Assembly (NCBI RefSeq): GCF_000485595.1 | Contig: NW_014577069.1 | Location: forward strand, 615,484 to 655,195 | Origin: Priapulus caudatus | Taxonomy: Eukaryota | Direction: 5' to 3' | Length of the DNA stretch: 39,712 nt | Part shown: positions 12,496-25,632 of the stretch, piece after piece | Layout of the letters: each line of letters starts with the position of its first letter | Numbering within the stretch: position 1 is the stretch's first letter | The notes under the pieces: generated by a model | What the model was told of the DNA's origin: nothing | What the model saw: the letters and a program-made list of their open reading frames with translations, nothing else | Database searches by the model: none | Position numbers and translations under genes: made by a program

Positions 12496-15400
12496 CACAG
12501 ATGCAGACACAGACACACGCACAACCGCACGCAAATACACAGGTATGTACGCTGATACACTCAAAAGCTCTTTCCTGAACAGAAAAATATAGTTGACATA
12601 CGCAGAGCCCGTGTATATATCGAAAATGCACATCATATGTACATTATTATTCTAAATGGGAAGCGCCAATTTATCTATCAAATATTTATATGTACATGAA
12701 CAAAAGTGGGATATTCGACACAGACCAAGACGGAACAAATTAGATATAAGTCGATAGATATTCACGAATATTTTTCACCATCGATTCTTCCTAATAAAAT
12801 TATAATAATACGGCTCTCGACTGTAAGTCAGCCCTCGTCTCCTGGCGACGAGGCTTCCATGGTAACGCATCCACCAGGCGACCAGATGGTGCCTAGCTCA
12901 AGACGCTACACCGGAATCTGCAGGATTAGCGGTCGACTACACAAGCCCCGGACGAGGATCAACATTATTTGTGACTGCGCGAGACGGGGGCTGAAAAAAC
13001 GTGTTGACATAAGCGCACGAGATTACCTTGATCCAGTGTAATTATGCTCAACATTGTCATTAGCCGTTCTAACGTCAATGTAATAGCGGTGGGGGGGGGG
13101 TGATAATAAACGGTACGAACGCGGGTGAATCTGTCGCCAATTATCCCTGTCTCATGAGTCGTTAGCACATGACGTGTCTCCGCCGTAAAACACAATTTGT
13201 GCTTATCGTTGGCCGGAAAAAAATGGCCGCCACGATAAAAGAGAGGTGGGCATATGTTTCCATGAAACAGAGTATCCACGAACTCGGCTATCTCCGAAGT
13301 TGAATGCATACAGCCTGCTGATGGTGCCGGTGGTTGCGCATAGTCATATTAATTATTCCATACTACGCATATCAACTTCCGCATCAGACTTTCCGTATAT
13401 CAAGGAATGATGCAAGAGTAATGCTGGGACAGTTATTTAGGAGTAAAATATCCGCATCGATACGATAAGGGTTCGTTGTGCGCCTGCGGTGTGCATCCGT
13501 GCGTGCGTACGCTTGGAGGCAACGGTGCGTGTGCGATTGCTTGTGCGTGCGAGCACACGACGCGCGCGGATCGACTTATAGACCGTTTACTTTCACGTAC
13601 TAGCAAATTAATTTAGCCGCGAGCGATTGCTGTATTATTCATGATATACCAGCGGGGATTAAATTGTGAATAACGATTTTACGCTATGTCTTAAATGCTG
13701 GCATCGGCCATAATTTCTCCATCAAGCAAACTAGTACTATCGCTGATGTTGCAGTGGGAACTAATTCTACAAGCTGCATTCATGAAATGCTCATTAAGTC
13801 ACATGTTTAAGTTTCTATGTCATTAAAACTCAATTCTTGCCTAATTCTATTGCAACTGCTGTCATCTTTTGGTAGCAACTGATTGTAATCTAAAAAAATG
13901 ACATTTAAGAATATATAATAGAAATGTCTCTAATATATACTTAAGGAGTGCTTCACCGAAAACAGTTTAAGAATATCAAAACTAATTAACTGTGCAAGTC
14001 AATAGTTTAAAGTTGAATAAAATGTCGGGTTCAAGATAATAATCGTTAGCGCCGAGTGATAGATATCCCATAATATACTAGTATTAATAATAATATAACT
14101 ACACATGATTTATAATCATAGTATCATGAGTCAATAAAAACAAATTTGTTTTCATTCACTCCTGATTATATATTATGTATTATAGTGCAATTATGTTGCA
14201 TTGAGAAAGCAGTGGCCATTGTATCTAACGAAAGTTCCCATGCAGACAGAGTTTTATTTGTGTGAAGAATATCTGCTTATAATCCGAGCTAGCGGCACAA
14301 CTACATGCTATTTCATTGATATATTCACTTCAATAGCGCAATCTTAGTATGGGGATTTATGTGAATTCTTGTGTGTCCTAATGAAATTAAAGCCACGACA
14401 GAATTGAAATCAAGGGCTGCGCGTCGCTTGAAATGCGTCGCTTGAATCGGCCAAAATAATGCGTCAATCCAGCCGTTTTACGCCCTGAAGTGAGAACGTT
14501 TGAAAAACGACGCGCATACGCTTCTATGCCTTTAGTATCATACAATGCACAAAACGTTACTGGCAACGGCGCGAGGCGAGCATGTGTCATAAACTATATG
14601 TACATCGTCACTCTCCGGGCAAAAGACGAACGGGATGAATATCATATTATACAAACCATACTTTTCATGAAAGCAAAAATGAAATATATAGCGTTGTTTC
14701 TCGAATGACTTTCCTGGCCATTCGAAATGCCTACAGTTTGCTACCTTCGCAATCGACCTCACATCGGGACGCCTTGGGCTAATATGGGTTACAGCCAACG
14801 CATTATATCGGACGCACGGTGGTTTAGCCCCGGTGATGGAGCGTATTAGGGCGCACATTATTGAGTACACTATAATCGCCTTTGGTACGCACACAGATTC
14901 AATCTTGCAAAGACAAAGCGTGCATGAACGCGTTTTACGTCGAGCAATTTTTAACTTTTTTTACAATTATAAAGCATGTGGAATATGCGTTTGGGTGATA
15001 AATATAGTGTCTCTGTGTGTCTGCCGTAGATTCCTAAATACATCCCGAAGATTTGGTTCATAGCGTCAACCTAGTTGTTGTTGGCAAACACGTATTCGTC
15101 AGTTTCGCTTTGCCCCGTCACACCATAGCGTATGCTGAAACCTATGAGTTGCGTGTAAAAAATATTTTTATACCCACAACGCACAAAATCAAACATTTTG
15201 TCAATTTCTAGCCTATTCAACCTATGGGTTGCGTGTGAGTTGCGTGTGGGTTGCGTGTGAGTTGCGTATGGTTGCGTGTGAGTTGCGAACTGAACTTATG
15301 ATCCCCAATATCTGCGATCACCTGCGTACGAGTTGCGTGCGAGTTGCGTGTGAGTTGCGTGCAGAACTTACGAGATTGCGTTTGAGTTGCGTTCAAAACT

Positions 15401-15499
15401 TACAAGTTGCGTTGGACCTGCGTGCTAGTTGCGTGCTAATTGCGGATATCGGTCACGTGGTAAAAACCTGTAATATAAAATCCTGTAATAACGGTAAAA

Positions 15500-15896
15500 C
15501 TGCATGTCGGAGTACTTGGTACCCGAGGCAAGGTGCCGCCAAAGTGACTGCCAGCTTCAGGCCAGGGTCCACGGGCAACCTGTACTTGGTGTTTGCTTGG
15601 TGATGCGAGGACCAACTCTCCGTAGCAGCTCATCGTACATCTCGGGGGGCATCCTCATGAAGTTCTTGAATGCACCTTGGCCTCTTCCGGAGCTCCACCA
15701 GAAGCTGGTCGTAGAGACCAAAGTCAAGGCGCCTGCTAATCTATGGTCTAACCACACACTCTTCTTCTTCTTCTTCTTCTTCTTCTTCATCTTCTTGTTC
15801 TTCTTCTCCCCCTTCTGTTTATTCTATTCTGTATGTGTTGGTGTGCTAAATTGACCAGATTAAACTGATATCCAATAAAGCAAGAGGTAGCTCCAT
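15500..15896 (-). pseudogene. Harbinger (HARBI1-like, DDE_Tnp_4) transposase, N-terminal fragment, frameshifted
   Basis: Minus-strand peptides MELPLALLDISL, QGAFKNFMRMPPEMYDELLRRVGPRITKQ and (across frameshifts) PGLKLAVTL and HLASGTKYSDMQ; these are typical of the Harbinger transposase N-terminus. The DDE core is deleted. Confidence 0.85.
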
Positions 15897-16057
15897 GTTG
15901 TCACCTCGGAGGCTCACCAACAACTGACACCGATCTAGAAAAGGCCAACTATTATACCATTTCTCAGCACGCATGTGTACACGCAACTCAACACGCAACT
16001 CACACGCACTAATAGGTTGGGGATACGCTGGGAATACGCACAATAGCGTTGGGGTAC

Positions 16058-17220
16058 CAGGGCGCGATGCAGGATTTTGCTAGGGGGGTGCAGGTGGAAA
16101 GGGCACTTTGAGATTTTGTTAGGGGCAACTGAAGCGGCGGCTGCGCCGCCGCTTCGTGCGCGAGACCGCAGGTGCCAAGAGGAACCGGTGGGGGGTCAGG
16201 GGGGCCTCTCCAGAATTTTTTAAAATCAGACTCCTTTTTATGCATTTTCAGAGCATATGAGCGCGAAATTTTTGTACTTCAAGGTCTTGTCATAGCAATG
16301 AAACAGACAATTCCAGACAAGGCAAAATCCACAAAGCCACAAAAACCAACTTGCTTGAAATTAACTGCGCATCAGAGCAACAAAATACTAGTACCCGGTG
16401 AAATCAACTGCGATAGGATTGAACACACTTTTTACAAAAGAAAATTAAAATCATTACATGTACTAATTATTATGCTTTCCGTTCATACATTTACTATAAA
16501 ACTTGAATTCAACTTGAATTTCAATGACTGTTATAAATATCTTACTTAAACATACTCAGTAGTACTCTTGCCACAGGAGCGTGTACAGGATTTGTACCAG
16601 GGAGGGGTCCAACCGTAACCCCAACATGGAGCACGCGAAGGTGGGTCTGGGGGGCCGTCCCCCACAAATTTTTTGAAATTAAACCCCCTCAATGGTTTTC
16701 TGCGCGAGCAAGTGGGGGGTCCTGGGACACCCCACCCCCCGTACACGCCCCTGTGCCAGTAGTACCTTACTTTTACAAAGTTAGACCAAATGAGTGGGCT
16801 CTTGCCAGAGAGAATATAGTAATAGTATTAGTACACTAAGTACGTTTTAAGTAAAAAAATGCAAAGATAACATCGAAAACTATCAGAAGAAATTATTGAA
16901 AGCAGAATTAGAGGGGGGTTATTTAACTTTATTACCCAGGAGGGCTACCAGCTCAAAACACATAGCAATCAACGGTGCGCCAGCCTGCGGGATCTGTCGC
17001 AGCCAGCAGAAAACAATTCGGGTCGGCCCTGTCGCCCCTAAAAAAACTTCTACGGAAAACATCAACTTATTTTTTCAAGTATTTTTCTGCCTTTAAAATT
17101 CTAATATTATTTTTTAAAAATTGCGAGAAAAAACTTCCATGGGCGCAGAAAAAGCGGCACTCAAATTTTTAGGGGTGGGTGCGCGCACCCCCTGCACCCC
17201 TCCCCCTAGATCCGCCCCTG
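16058..17220. mobile_element. CAG-terminal non-autonomous DNA element (hAT-like, 5-bp TSD) inserted in H1
   Basis: Ends CAGGGCGCGATGCAGG... and ...CTAGATCCGCCCCTG. Left flank GGTAC; right flank GTGAC here but GGTAC in the duplicate at 25796-25800. Copy H2 shows the empty site (TTGGGGTACGCTAC, about 19408-19420). Confidence 0.8.
16574..16753. mobile_element. 180-bp CAG-terminal MITE nested inside the 16058-17220 element
   Basis: TIRs CAGGAGCGTGTAC / GTACACGCCCCTG; exact 5-bp TSD TGCCA at 16569-16573 and 16754-16758. Confidence 0.85.
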
Positions 17221-17713
17221 GTGACGCTACACACGCAACATGATCGCAACAGGCACGCAACACGATCGCAACATGATCCAACAGGTAACGCAACAGCATT
17301 CGCAACAATGTACGCTACCAAACTGGCCCAGATACCTCAAATTTGGGACCTCGCATCATCGCGTATCAACTTATGAGTTGCCGTAACTGTTGCGGATCGT
17401 GTTGCGATCGTGTTGCGATCGTGTGCTCGTGCGTAGCGTACCTGTTGCGTCCCCGCCCTGTTGCGTATAAATTGATCGGGGCAGCGCATCGCAGAGAATT
17501 TTGAATACAGTTTCAAAATTCTGACTTACTCTGCGTGTTGCGCATCACGCTGGCGTGCTTTTGCGTACTTCAACCCTATAAACCTAATTCGTGATCTGTG
17601 AGTTGCGTTCGTAACTTATGCCACATATTTTTTATTCCAACCATACGCAACTGTGATCGCCTATGGTGCTGAGCACCTTAGTTTGCTAACTATATCTGTA
17701 AACTCTTGGATAA

Positions 17714-19851
17714 AGGTGCTGTCACACCATAGCGATCACAGTTGCGTATGTTGCGTGCTAACAAACTATTGTTAATACGCACAAACGCCACCCAATCACA
17801 ATTCAACCTATCTCAACCTATGTGTGGCGTGTGGAGATTGGTGTGGTTGCGTGTGGGTGGTTGTGGGTTGCGTGTGGGTTGCGAACTAAAACTTATGATC
17901 CTCCCAATATCTGCGATCACCTGCCTGTCGCAGTTGCGTGCGAGTTGCCCGTGTGAGTTGCGTGCAGAACTGCGCAGTTGCGTCTTGAGTTGCGTTCAAA
18001 CTTACCAAGTTGCGTTGCGACCTGCTGCTAGTTCGCGAATAATCGGTCACGGGGTAAAAACCTGTATAACTCTGTGTTCTCTCCAGGGCTTTCCAGCGAT
18101 GATGACACCGCTTCGTTCTCCACACGTCGAGCTGCTGATTCTGTAGACCAGGCGTAGCGATCCTCATGAGATTGTGCAGCAAAATGCAGTTTTGGTTACA
18201 GTTTGAAAGTTTCTGGAGGATGCTGCATGGTGCCAAGCCATAACCTGGATCGGTGTGGCTAGGATGCCAACAGGCATTTTCCACACCCTTCTGGCACGTG
18301 AAAGCGATAATTGAAGATCCTTTGGTTATCATCCAGGCCACGGAGTCCGTAGGGCGTTCATCATGCGTCTCTCTCGAGGCGAATTGCCATCGTCTCCGAG
18401 AAGTAGTAGGGTAACATCCTGGTGTCATCTGGGGGTAGAGATTTGGTTCGTGGAAATCCGTGATGTTTTCGCCCCTCTCCACAGTATTCCTTCAGCTCGC
18501 CAGTTGATTGTCAGTTTGGGCGTCTGAGAAGAACCTAAACCACCCAAGTCTGCCCAGATGAATTTGTAATCAGCATCTACAAGGGCGAGAGACCACAGAG
18601 TTAGAACCCCTTGTAGGGTGTAATACATGGATCCAACTGTTGGGACACCTACATGCACACGTGCTTCCATCTAGGGCCCACATGTATGGGGAAAGTTTCC
18701 ACTTCTTCATGAAGTGTTCTGAGTATGGCACGGCCCATCCCTCAGGAGTGGGTGGGGCAGTCATCACTCCTCCATGTACTCATCAATGATGGCTGCAGAC
18801 CTCACGGACACGACTGAATGGTGTTGGGTGTTACTCTCCATCCGTACTGCCCATGTCGGAGTACTCGGTACCCGACGCCAGGTGTGCCTCCAACTGACTG
18901 CCAGCTTCAGCCAGGGTCCAGGGCAAACCTGTACTAGTGTTTTGCTGGCGTGAATGCGAGGACCAAGCTCTCCGCTAGCAGCTCATCGCTACAATTTCGG
19001 GCGGCATCCGCCGATGAAGTTCTGAATGCACCTTGGTCCTCGTTCCGGAGCTCCATCAGAAGCTGGTCGTAGAGACCAAAGTGAAGCGCCTGCTAATCCA
19101 TGGTCTAACCCCACATTTCTCTTCTTCTTGCTTCTCCCCTCTGTTTATTCTATCTGTATGTGTTGGAAGTGCTAAATTGACCAGATATAAACTGATGTCC
19201 AATAACAGCAAGAGGTAGCTCCGATGATGTCACTCGGAGGTCACCAAAAACTGACACCGATCTAGTGAAAAGCGCCCACATATTTATGCCATTTCTCAAC
19301 ACGCATGTAGTACGCAACTAACACGCAACTCAACGCCCCAACGATAGGTCTGGGATACGCAGGGCATACGGTTGGGGACTTACGCGGGGGAATACCGCAC
19401 AAGAGCTTGGGGTACGCTACACACGCAACATGATCGCAACAGGCACGAACACGATCGCAACATGATCGCCAACAGGTACGCCAACACATTCGCCAACATG
19501 TACGCTACCAAAACCTGGCCAGATACCTCAAATTTGGCCTGCGATCATCTGCGTTCATAACTTATGAGTTGCGTACCTAGTTGCGATCGTGTTGCGATCG
19601 TGGTTCCGTGCGTAGCGTACCTGTTGCGTCCCTGTTGCGTATAAATTGATCGCAGGCATTCGCAGAGAATTTTTGAACAGTTCAAAATTTCTGAACTTAC
19701 TCTGCGTGTGTCTGCGATCACCTGCGTGCTTGTTGCGTACTTCAAACCTATAAAACCTATATAGTTGCGTGTGAGTTGCGTTCGTAACTTATGCCCACTA
19801 TTTTTTATTCGCAACCATACGCAACTGGTGATCGGCTATTGTGAGGCACCT
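17714..19851 (-). mobile_element. PIF/Harbinger transposon copy (H2), same family as H1
   Basis: TIRs AGGTGCTGTCACACCATAGCGATCA... / ...GATCGGCTATTGTGAGGCACCT; flanked by TAA (left) and TTA (right); same subterminal arrays as H1; longer transposase remnant. Confidence 0.85.
18075..19225 (-). pseudogene. Harbinger DDE_Tnp_4 transposase, multiply frameshifted
   Basis: Minus-strand fragments WALDG, ALVDADYKFIWADLGGLGSS, GVENA and CILLHNLMRI, plus the same N-terminal block as H1; many single-base indels. Confidence 0.88.
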
Positions 19852-21112
19852 TTATGTAATTTCTCTAAACTCTTGGATAAGGTTGGTTAACAGGATTTTA
19901 CTGACCATTGAGCACATTTTCATCACAACACAGATGGCTCGTAGAATAAAGACCCTTTGTCTAGAGCCCTTTATAGGACGCTTACGTCGAGAACGGCGCC
20001 CTCTAATCGACCAACTTTGATACGATCGCTACTGCGATAATTACCAAAAAAGGCCCCTTTCTCTCGTAAAGTCACCGCCTAGATTCCGCAACAGCTATAA
20101 AGCCACAAGAATAAAACAAAAAAGTTTGGCCTACGGTCGTGAAAATTTAGTGCGGCTAAATATGAACGTAGCCGCACCAAGCTACATGGGGCGTGACGCA
20201 GATCGTGCCTACACACTTCTGATATCAAAATCGCCCCCCTCCCGCCCCCACCTCGCGCGTAGACACGGCTTAGAAGCATTGTCGCTGTTAAAAATGCATC
20301 AGGTATAAACGAAAGTAGTTGTCCGTTAATAGGCTTTTGTAAATACTTATAGATGTTGGAGCCGAAACGTGCCGCCGCTCTGTTTCTCGAAGCGCATCCC
20401 GCGAGTAATTGCACGTGATTCGATCCCGAAGTGCAGCTATAGAAAAAACAAGTAGCGAAATCAGCGTCAACGACAAAAACTCGTGGCGCTGGCGGCGACG
20501 TTAGCGCGGCGTCCACTTAGTGAAAGAGGCAGACATTGCTTAACGTAACTGCACGTCATGCGCATCTGTAACATGAAGTGATTGAACAGAAATCAGAGGG
20601 AATCACACGCCAGCAGATGAACACGACAGTGCATAAGCGTCGACGAGGCGTCGTTCTAATGCCGCTATAATAATTGTTTAAAGTGATTACGTCACCGTAA
20701 ATAATACAAATTAAAAAAATATTTCCACTTTTTCACAAAATATAAGTAATTCTGTTCACTTTTTATGGTTAAATGGCTGTATTATACTTCTTATTTTAAT
20801 ATATTGTTCGATGTGAACATACACTCGTGACTCATACATAGCCCCTAGCAAGCAATTAATGTTAGGAACACAATATCAAATCGTCCTGGTTTTGTTGATT
20901 TTTAACTAGTTGAGAAACAATCTTATTAGGTAAGAATTTAACGATACGTTTAGTCCCGTTAGTTCTTACATTTATGTAAAAAAAATGGCCAACATTTTAA
21001 AATTTTACTAATTCTACATATAAACTTAGTACACCGATCAAGATCTTCGACAAATATATATATATATATATATCAAGATCTCATAATAGAGAGCTCCTAT
21101 TATGAGCTATTG

Positions 21113-21115
<3 letters not shown>

Positions 21116-21200
<85 letters not shown>

Positions 21201-21252
21201 ACACCACACACACACACACACACACCACACACACACACAGCACACACCACAC

Positions 21253-21301
<49 letters not shown>

Positions 21302-21303
21302 CA

Positions 21304-21381
<78 letters not shown>

Positions 21382-21400
21382 TACACACACACACACACAC

Positions 21401-21442
<42 letters not shown>
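21116..21442. repeat. (CA)n and (TA)n microsatellite
   Basis: Seen directly in the sequence. Confidence 0.95.
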
Positions 21443-21445
<3 letters not shown>

Positions 21446-23164
21446 ATCGTTACCACGTATACGCGTACGGTGTAGTGATGAGTCTACCCGCTCGAGATAA
21501 CAAGTGAACAGCGTAACAGCATGTTTACGAGAATCAGCAGAATTTTGTTTGCATTCCTCTTCAGGGTCTAGTATTTAATCGATGGTGTAATAATAGTAAA
21601 TTCTGCTAACATCAATTGAATAAAAGTTAAAGAAAAATACGCGAGAAATAGCCCGGATTAAGATTCGCGATTCTATCCCACTTGCAGTTTCTTTACAAAT
21701 TCTAACAGATATTGCGAGTTTTAAGTGAGATAAACCACATGCGTTTCATTACTAAAGCAGTTCCAAGAAACATGACCATATTGTAATTACTCCACCCAAC
21801 TAATCAAATAAGGGACAAGTCTCTTGCTCTGATGGGCAAATCGCATGTGGTAACAATGTAAACTGCTCGTTTCTGTGGTTTCCTAAAAGAAGTACAGATA
21901 GGCAGTATATATTACAGGCCTATTACATATACACATGTATATTACAGGGCAGTATGAGAGTAAAGGCTATAGGCTTTTTACATTTATTACTAAAATGGTT
22001 AAAGCAACTACAATCGATCCATCATCGGTGGCAGTTTCCTATAACGATAGTTGTATCTTGACTCGTTTCTACTCTTAGAGGCATCGTCCTTTACAGCGTA
22101 GTAAAACATTCCCCATATTAGGAGTGATATTTACAGCGAGAGTGTTACGACGAAGCTAGAATTCGAGCTAGGCAACATTATAATAGCAAGGTCATGACTG
22201 TTTGCTAAACAATGACGTGTTCGGGTCGGAGGACATGTCAGAAGGTCAATATTCTCAAGCCTAACGCGTGCTCTTTAATGTCGTCAGTCGAAATTACCAT
22301 CAGCGATACGATCTATGTCGCTGCGATATATTTCACGTCAATTAAAGAAAATCAAGAATTTTTTTATTAAAGTGACCCCGACTTTTAAAATTAGGTCATT
22401 GTCATAAAGAACGAAAGTGCTGATCAGGAATGCCGAGTCATCTCTGTTGTTAGTGCAACTGTCGAGCAAGAGGGTCACGAGTTGTCTCCGTCTATCAGAA
22501 AGACGACGATGTGAATGGTAACCTCTCAGCGCACTCAATGCAAATGTCTTCTATATGTATGTCCTTCTATGTCTTCGCTTGACTTGCGCACATGAAAGAT
22601 TACCGTGTTCATGAATGCTTTGCTCGACAAGTTAATGTATGCGCGCGTATTTATGACGCTATATATATTACCGTTACTGGCATTAATGCTCGGACTATAG
22701 CCGCGCATGTGGAGCCGGCCCCGTGTGTAATTATATAGCGTAATTTTTATACGCGCTTTATGGAATCTACCTGCGTGCTATTGTCCGTACATTAACGCCA
22801 GTAGCCGGTATTTAGTGTGCTGTGTTGTGATGTGTGCTGTGTGGTGGTGGTGTGATCGTGATGTGTGTGTGTGTGCGCGCGCGCGCGTGTGTGTGTTTGA
22901 GCACCATTGAATTTAGGTACGAGTTGCGTCCCCGCCACCTCCGCACACAGGTCCCTCTGTTACTCATAGTTACGCCTTGCCTCTGGATATCTGTATTGAC
23001 TCGCTGCTGACGCAGTAACGCGCCACTCGGTAGTTGTGAAAGCACATTAGCAGCGCCGGGTCGCTATAGATGACATATAACGGTTGCTGTGGGAGTCATT
23101 GGGATTGCGGTTACTCTCAAATGTATCTGGACAGACACCGCGCACTGTTGTTGCTGTCCCCCGA

Positions 23165-23905
23165 GGCAAGCAGCAGCAGCGGCGGTGGCGGCAGCAGCAG
23201 CAACGGCGGCAGCGGCAGCAGTAGTAGTAGTAGTAGTAATAGTATTAGCAGCAACAGTATTAGCAGCAACAGCAGCGGCGCCAGTAGCAGCAGGGGCGAG
23301 GGCGGCAGCAGTAGCAGTAGTAGTAGTAGCAGTAGCAGCAGCAGCAGCAATAGCGGCGCGGCGGCGGCGGCAGTAGCAGCAGCAGCAACAGCAGCAGCAG
23401 CATCAGTAGCAGCAGCGGTATCAGCAGCAACAGCGGCGCCAGCAGCAGCAGCGGCGGCGGCGGCGGCAGCAGTAGCAGTAGTAGCGGCGGCGGCGGCGGC
23501 AGTAGTAGCAGTAGTAGCGGTAGCAGCAATAGTAGCGGCGGCGGCAGCAGCCGCAGCAGCGGTAGCGGCAGCAGCAGCAGTAGCAGCAGCAGTAGTAGCA
23601 GTAGCAGCAGTAGCCGCAGTAGCGGCAGCGGCAGTAACAGTATCAGTATCATCAGCAGTAGTAGCAGCAGCAACAGCCTCGGCGGCGTTGGCGGGGGCGC
23701 CCGGCAGCGGCGGCGGCGGCGCCAGCAGCAGTGGAGCGGCAGCAGCAGTAGCAGCAGCAGCAACAGCCCGGCGGCGTTGGCGTTGGCGGGGGCGGGGCGG
23801 CGGCGACTGCGGCTCCAGCAGCAGCGGAGCGGCAGCAGCAGTAGCAGTTGCTGTTGCAGTAACAGCAACAGCAACAGCGACGGCGGCGGCATCAGCAGCA
23901 GTAGA
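23165..23905. repeat. Long compound trinucleotide repeat (GCA/GTA/GCG)n
   Basis: Seen directly; gives poly-Ala, poly-Ser and poly-Leu ORFs in several frames on both strands. Confidence 0.9.
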
Positions 23906-24046
23906 GCAGAGAGAGGTAGCTTGGTTCCGTATACTGTGCGCGCGTGTATCCGCTTCCGCGAAGAACAGGATTCGCAAGTATGCGTCGTTAAATCATGTCT
24001 CTTGACACCTTGTGCATTTCTTTTATAAACTCGTAATATATTGACA

Positions 24047-24145
24047 TAGTGGTAGTGGTAGCGGTGGTCGTTGCGGCGTTAGCGACAGTAGTAGCAGCAG
24101 CAGCAGAAGTAGCAATATTAGTAGTAGCAGCAGTGATAGTAGTGA

Positions 24146-24201
<56 letters not shown>
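24047..24201. repeat. (GTA)n-rich microsatellite
   Basis: Seen directly in the sequence. Confidence 0.9.
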
Positions 24202-24202
24202 C

Positions 24203-25583
24203 TATATATAAACATCGTTACCACGTATACGCGTACGGTGTAGTGATGAGTCTACCCGCTCGAGATAACAAGTGAACAGCGATAACAAGCATGTTTACGA
24301 AAATCAGCAGAATTTTGTTTGCATTCCTCTTCAGGGTCTAGTATTTAATCGATGGTGTAATAATAGTAAATTCTGCTAACATCAATTGAATAAAAAGTTA
24401 AAGAAAAATACCGAGAAATAGCCCGGATTAAGATTCGCGATTCTATCCCACTTGCAGTTTCTTTACAAATTCTAACAGATATTGCGAGTTTTAAGTGAGG
24501 ATAAACCACATGCGTTTCATTACTAAAGCAGTTCCAAGAAACATGACCATATTGTAATTACTCCACCCAACTAATCAAATAAGGACAACGTCTCTTGCTC
24601 TGATGGGCAAATCGCATGTGGTAACAATGTAAACTGCTCGTTTCTGTGGTTTCCTAAAGAGAAGTACAGATAGGCAGTATATATTACAGGCCTATTACAT
24701 ATACACATGTATATTACAGGCAGTATGAGAGTAAAGGCTATAGGCTTTTTACATTTATTACTAAAATGGTTAAAGCAACTACAATCGATCCATCATCGGT
24801 GGCAGTTTCCTATAACGATAGTTGTATCTTGACTCGTTTCTACTTTAGGGCATCGTCCTTTACAGCGTAGTAAAACATTCCCCATATTAGGAGTGATATT
24901 TACAGCGAGAGTGTTACGACGAAGCTAGAATTCGAGCTAGGCAACATTATAAATAGCAAGGTCATGACTGTTTGCATAAACAATGACGTGTTCGGGTCGG
25001 GAGGACATGTCAGAAGGTCAATTTCTCAAGCCTAACGCGTGCTCTTTAATGTCGTCAGTCGAAATTACCATCCAGCGATACGATCTATGTCGCTGCGATT
25101 ATTTCACGTCAATTAAAGAAAATCAAGAATTTTTTTATTAAAGTGACCCCGACTTTAAAATTAGGTCATTGTCATAAGAACGAAAGTGCTGATCAGGGAA
25201 TGCCGAGTCATCTCTGTTGTTAGTGCAACTGTCGAGCAAGAGGGTCACGAGTTGTCTCCGTCTATCAGAAAGACGGATGTGAATGGTAACCTCTCAGCGC
25301 ACTCAATGCAAATGTCTTCTATATGTATGTCCTTCTATGTCTTCGCTTGACTTGCGCACATGAAAGATTACCGTGTTCATGAATGCTTTGCTCGACAAGT
25401 TAATGTATGGCGCGGTATTTATGACGGCATATATATATATACCCGTTACTGGCATTAATGCTCGGACTATAGCCCGCGCATGTGGAGCCGACCCGTGTGT
25501 AATTATATAGCGTAATTTTTATACGCGCTTTTATGGAATCTACCTGCGTGCTATTGTCCGTACATTAACGCCAGTAGCCGGTA

Positions 25584-25586
<3 letters not shown>
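24203..25586 (+). repeat. About 1.4-kb near-identical direct duplicate of 21435-22813
   Basis: Continuous match from TATATAAACATCGTTACCACG to GCCAGTAGCCGGTATTT; differences are mostly 1-2 bp indels. Confidence 0.95.
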
Positions 25587-25630
<44 letters not shown>

Positions 25631-25632
25631 CT

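Larger units (their letters stand above)
15110..17678 (-). mobile_element. PIF/Harbinger transposon, internally deleted copy (H1) with nested insertions
   Basis: Left end (G)CCCCGTCACACCATAGCG; right end CGCCTATGGTGCTGAGCACC followed by TTA; TTGCG/CGCAA subterminal arrays; 5' part of a Harbinger transposase on the minus strand. The left boundary is approximate. Confidence 0.82.

Noticed and set aside
11308..12636. ORFs over 400 aa in three frames
   Set aside because: They read through an 843-N gap and flanking microsatellites.
21038..21106. ATCAAGATCT direct repeat and CTCATAATAG/CTATTATGAG hairpin
   Set aside because: Short, AT-rich and next to microsatellites; not enough evidence to call an element.
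23070..24005. 311-aa Ser/Ala-rich ORF and overlapping minus-strand ORFs
   Set aside because: These arise from a (GCA/GTA/GCG)n repeat that stays open in several frames on both strands; no domain or clear exon structure is present.
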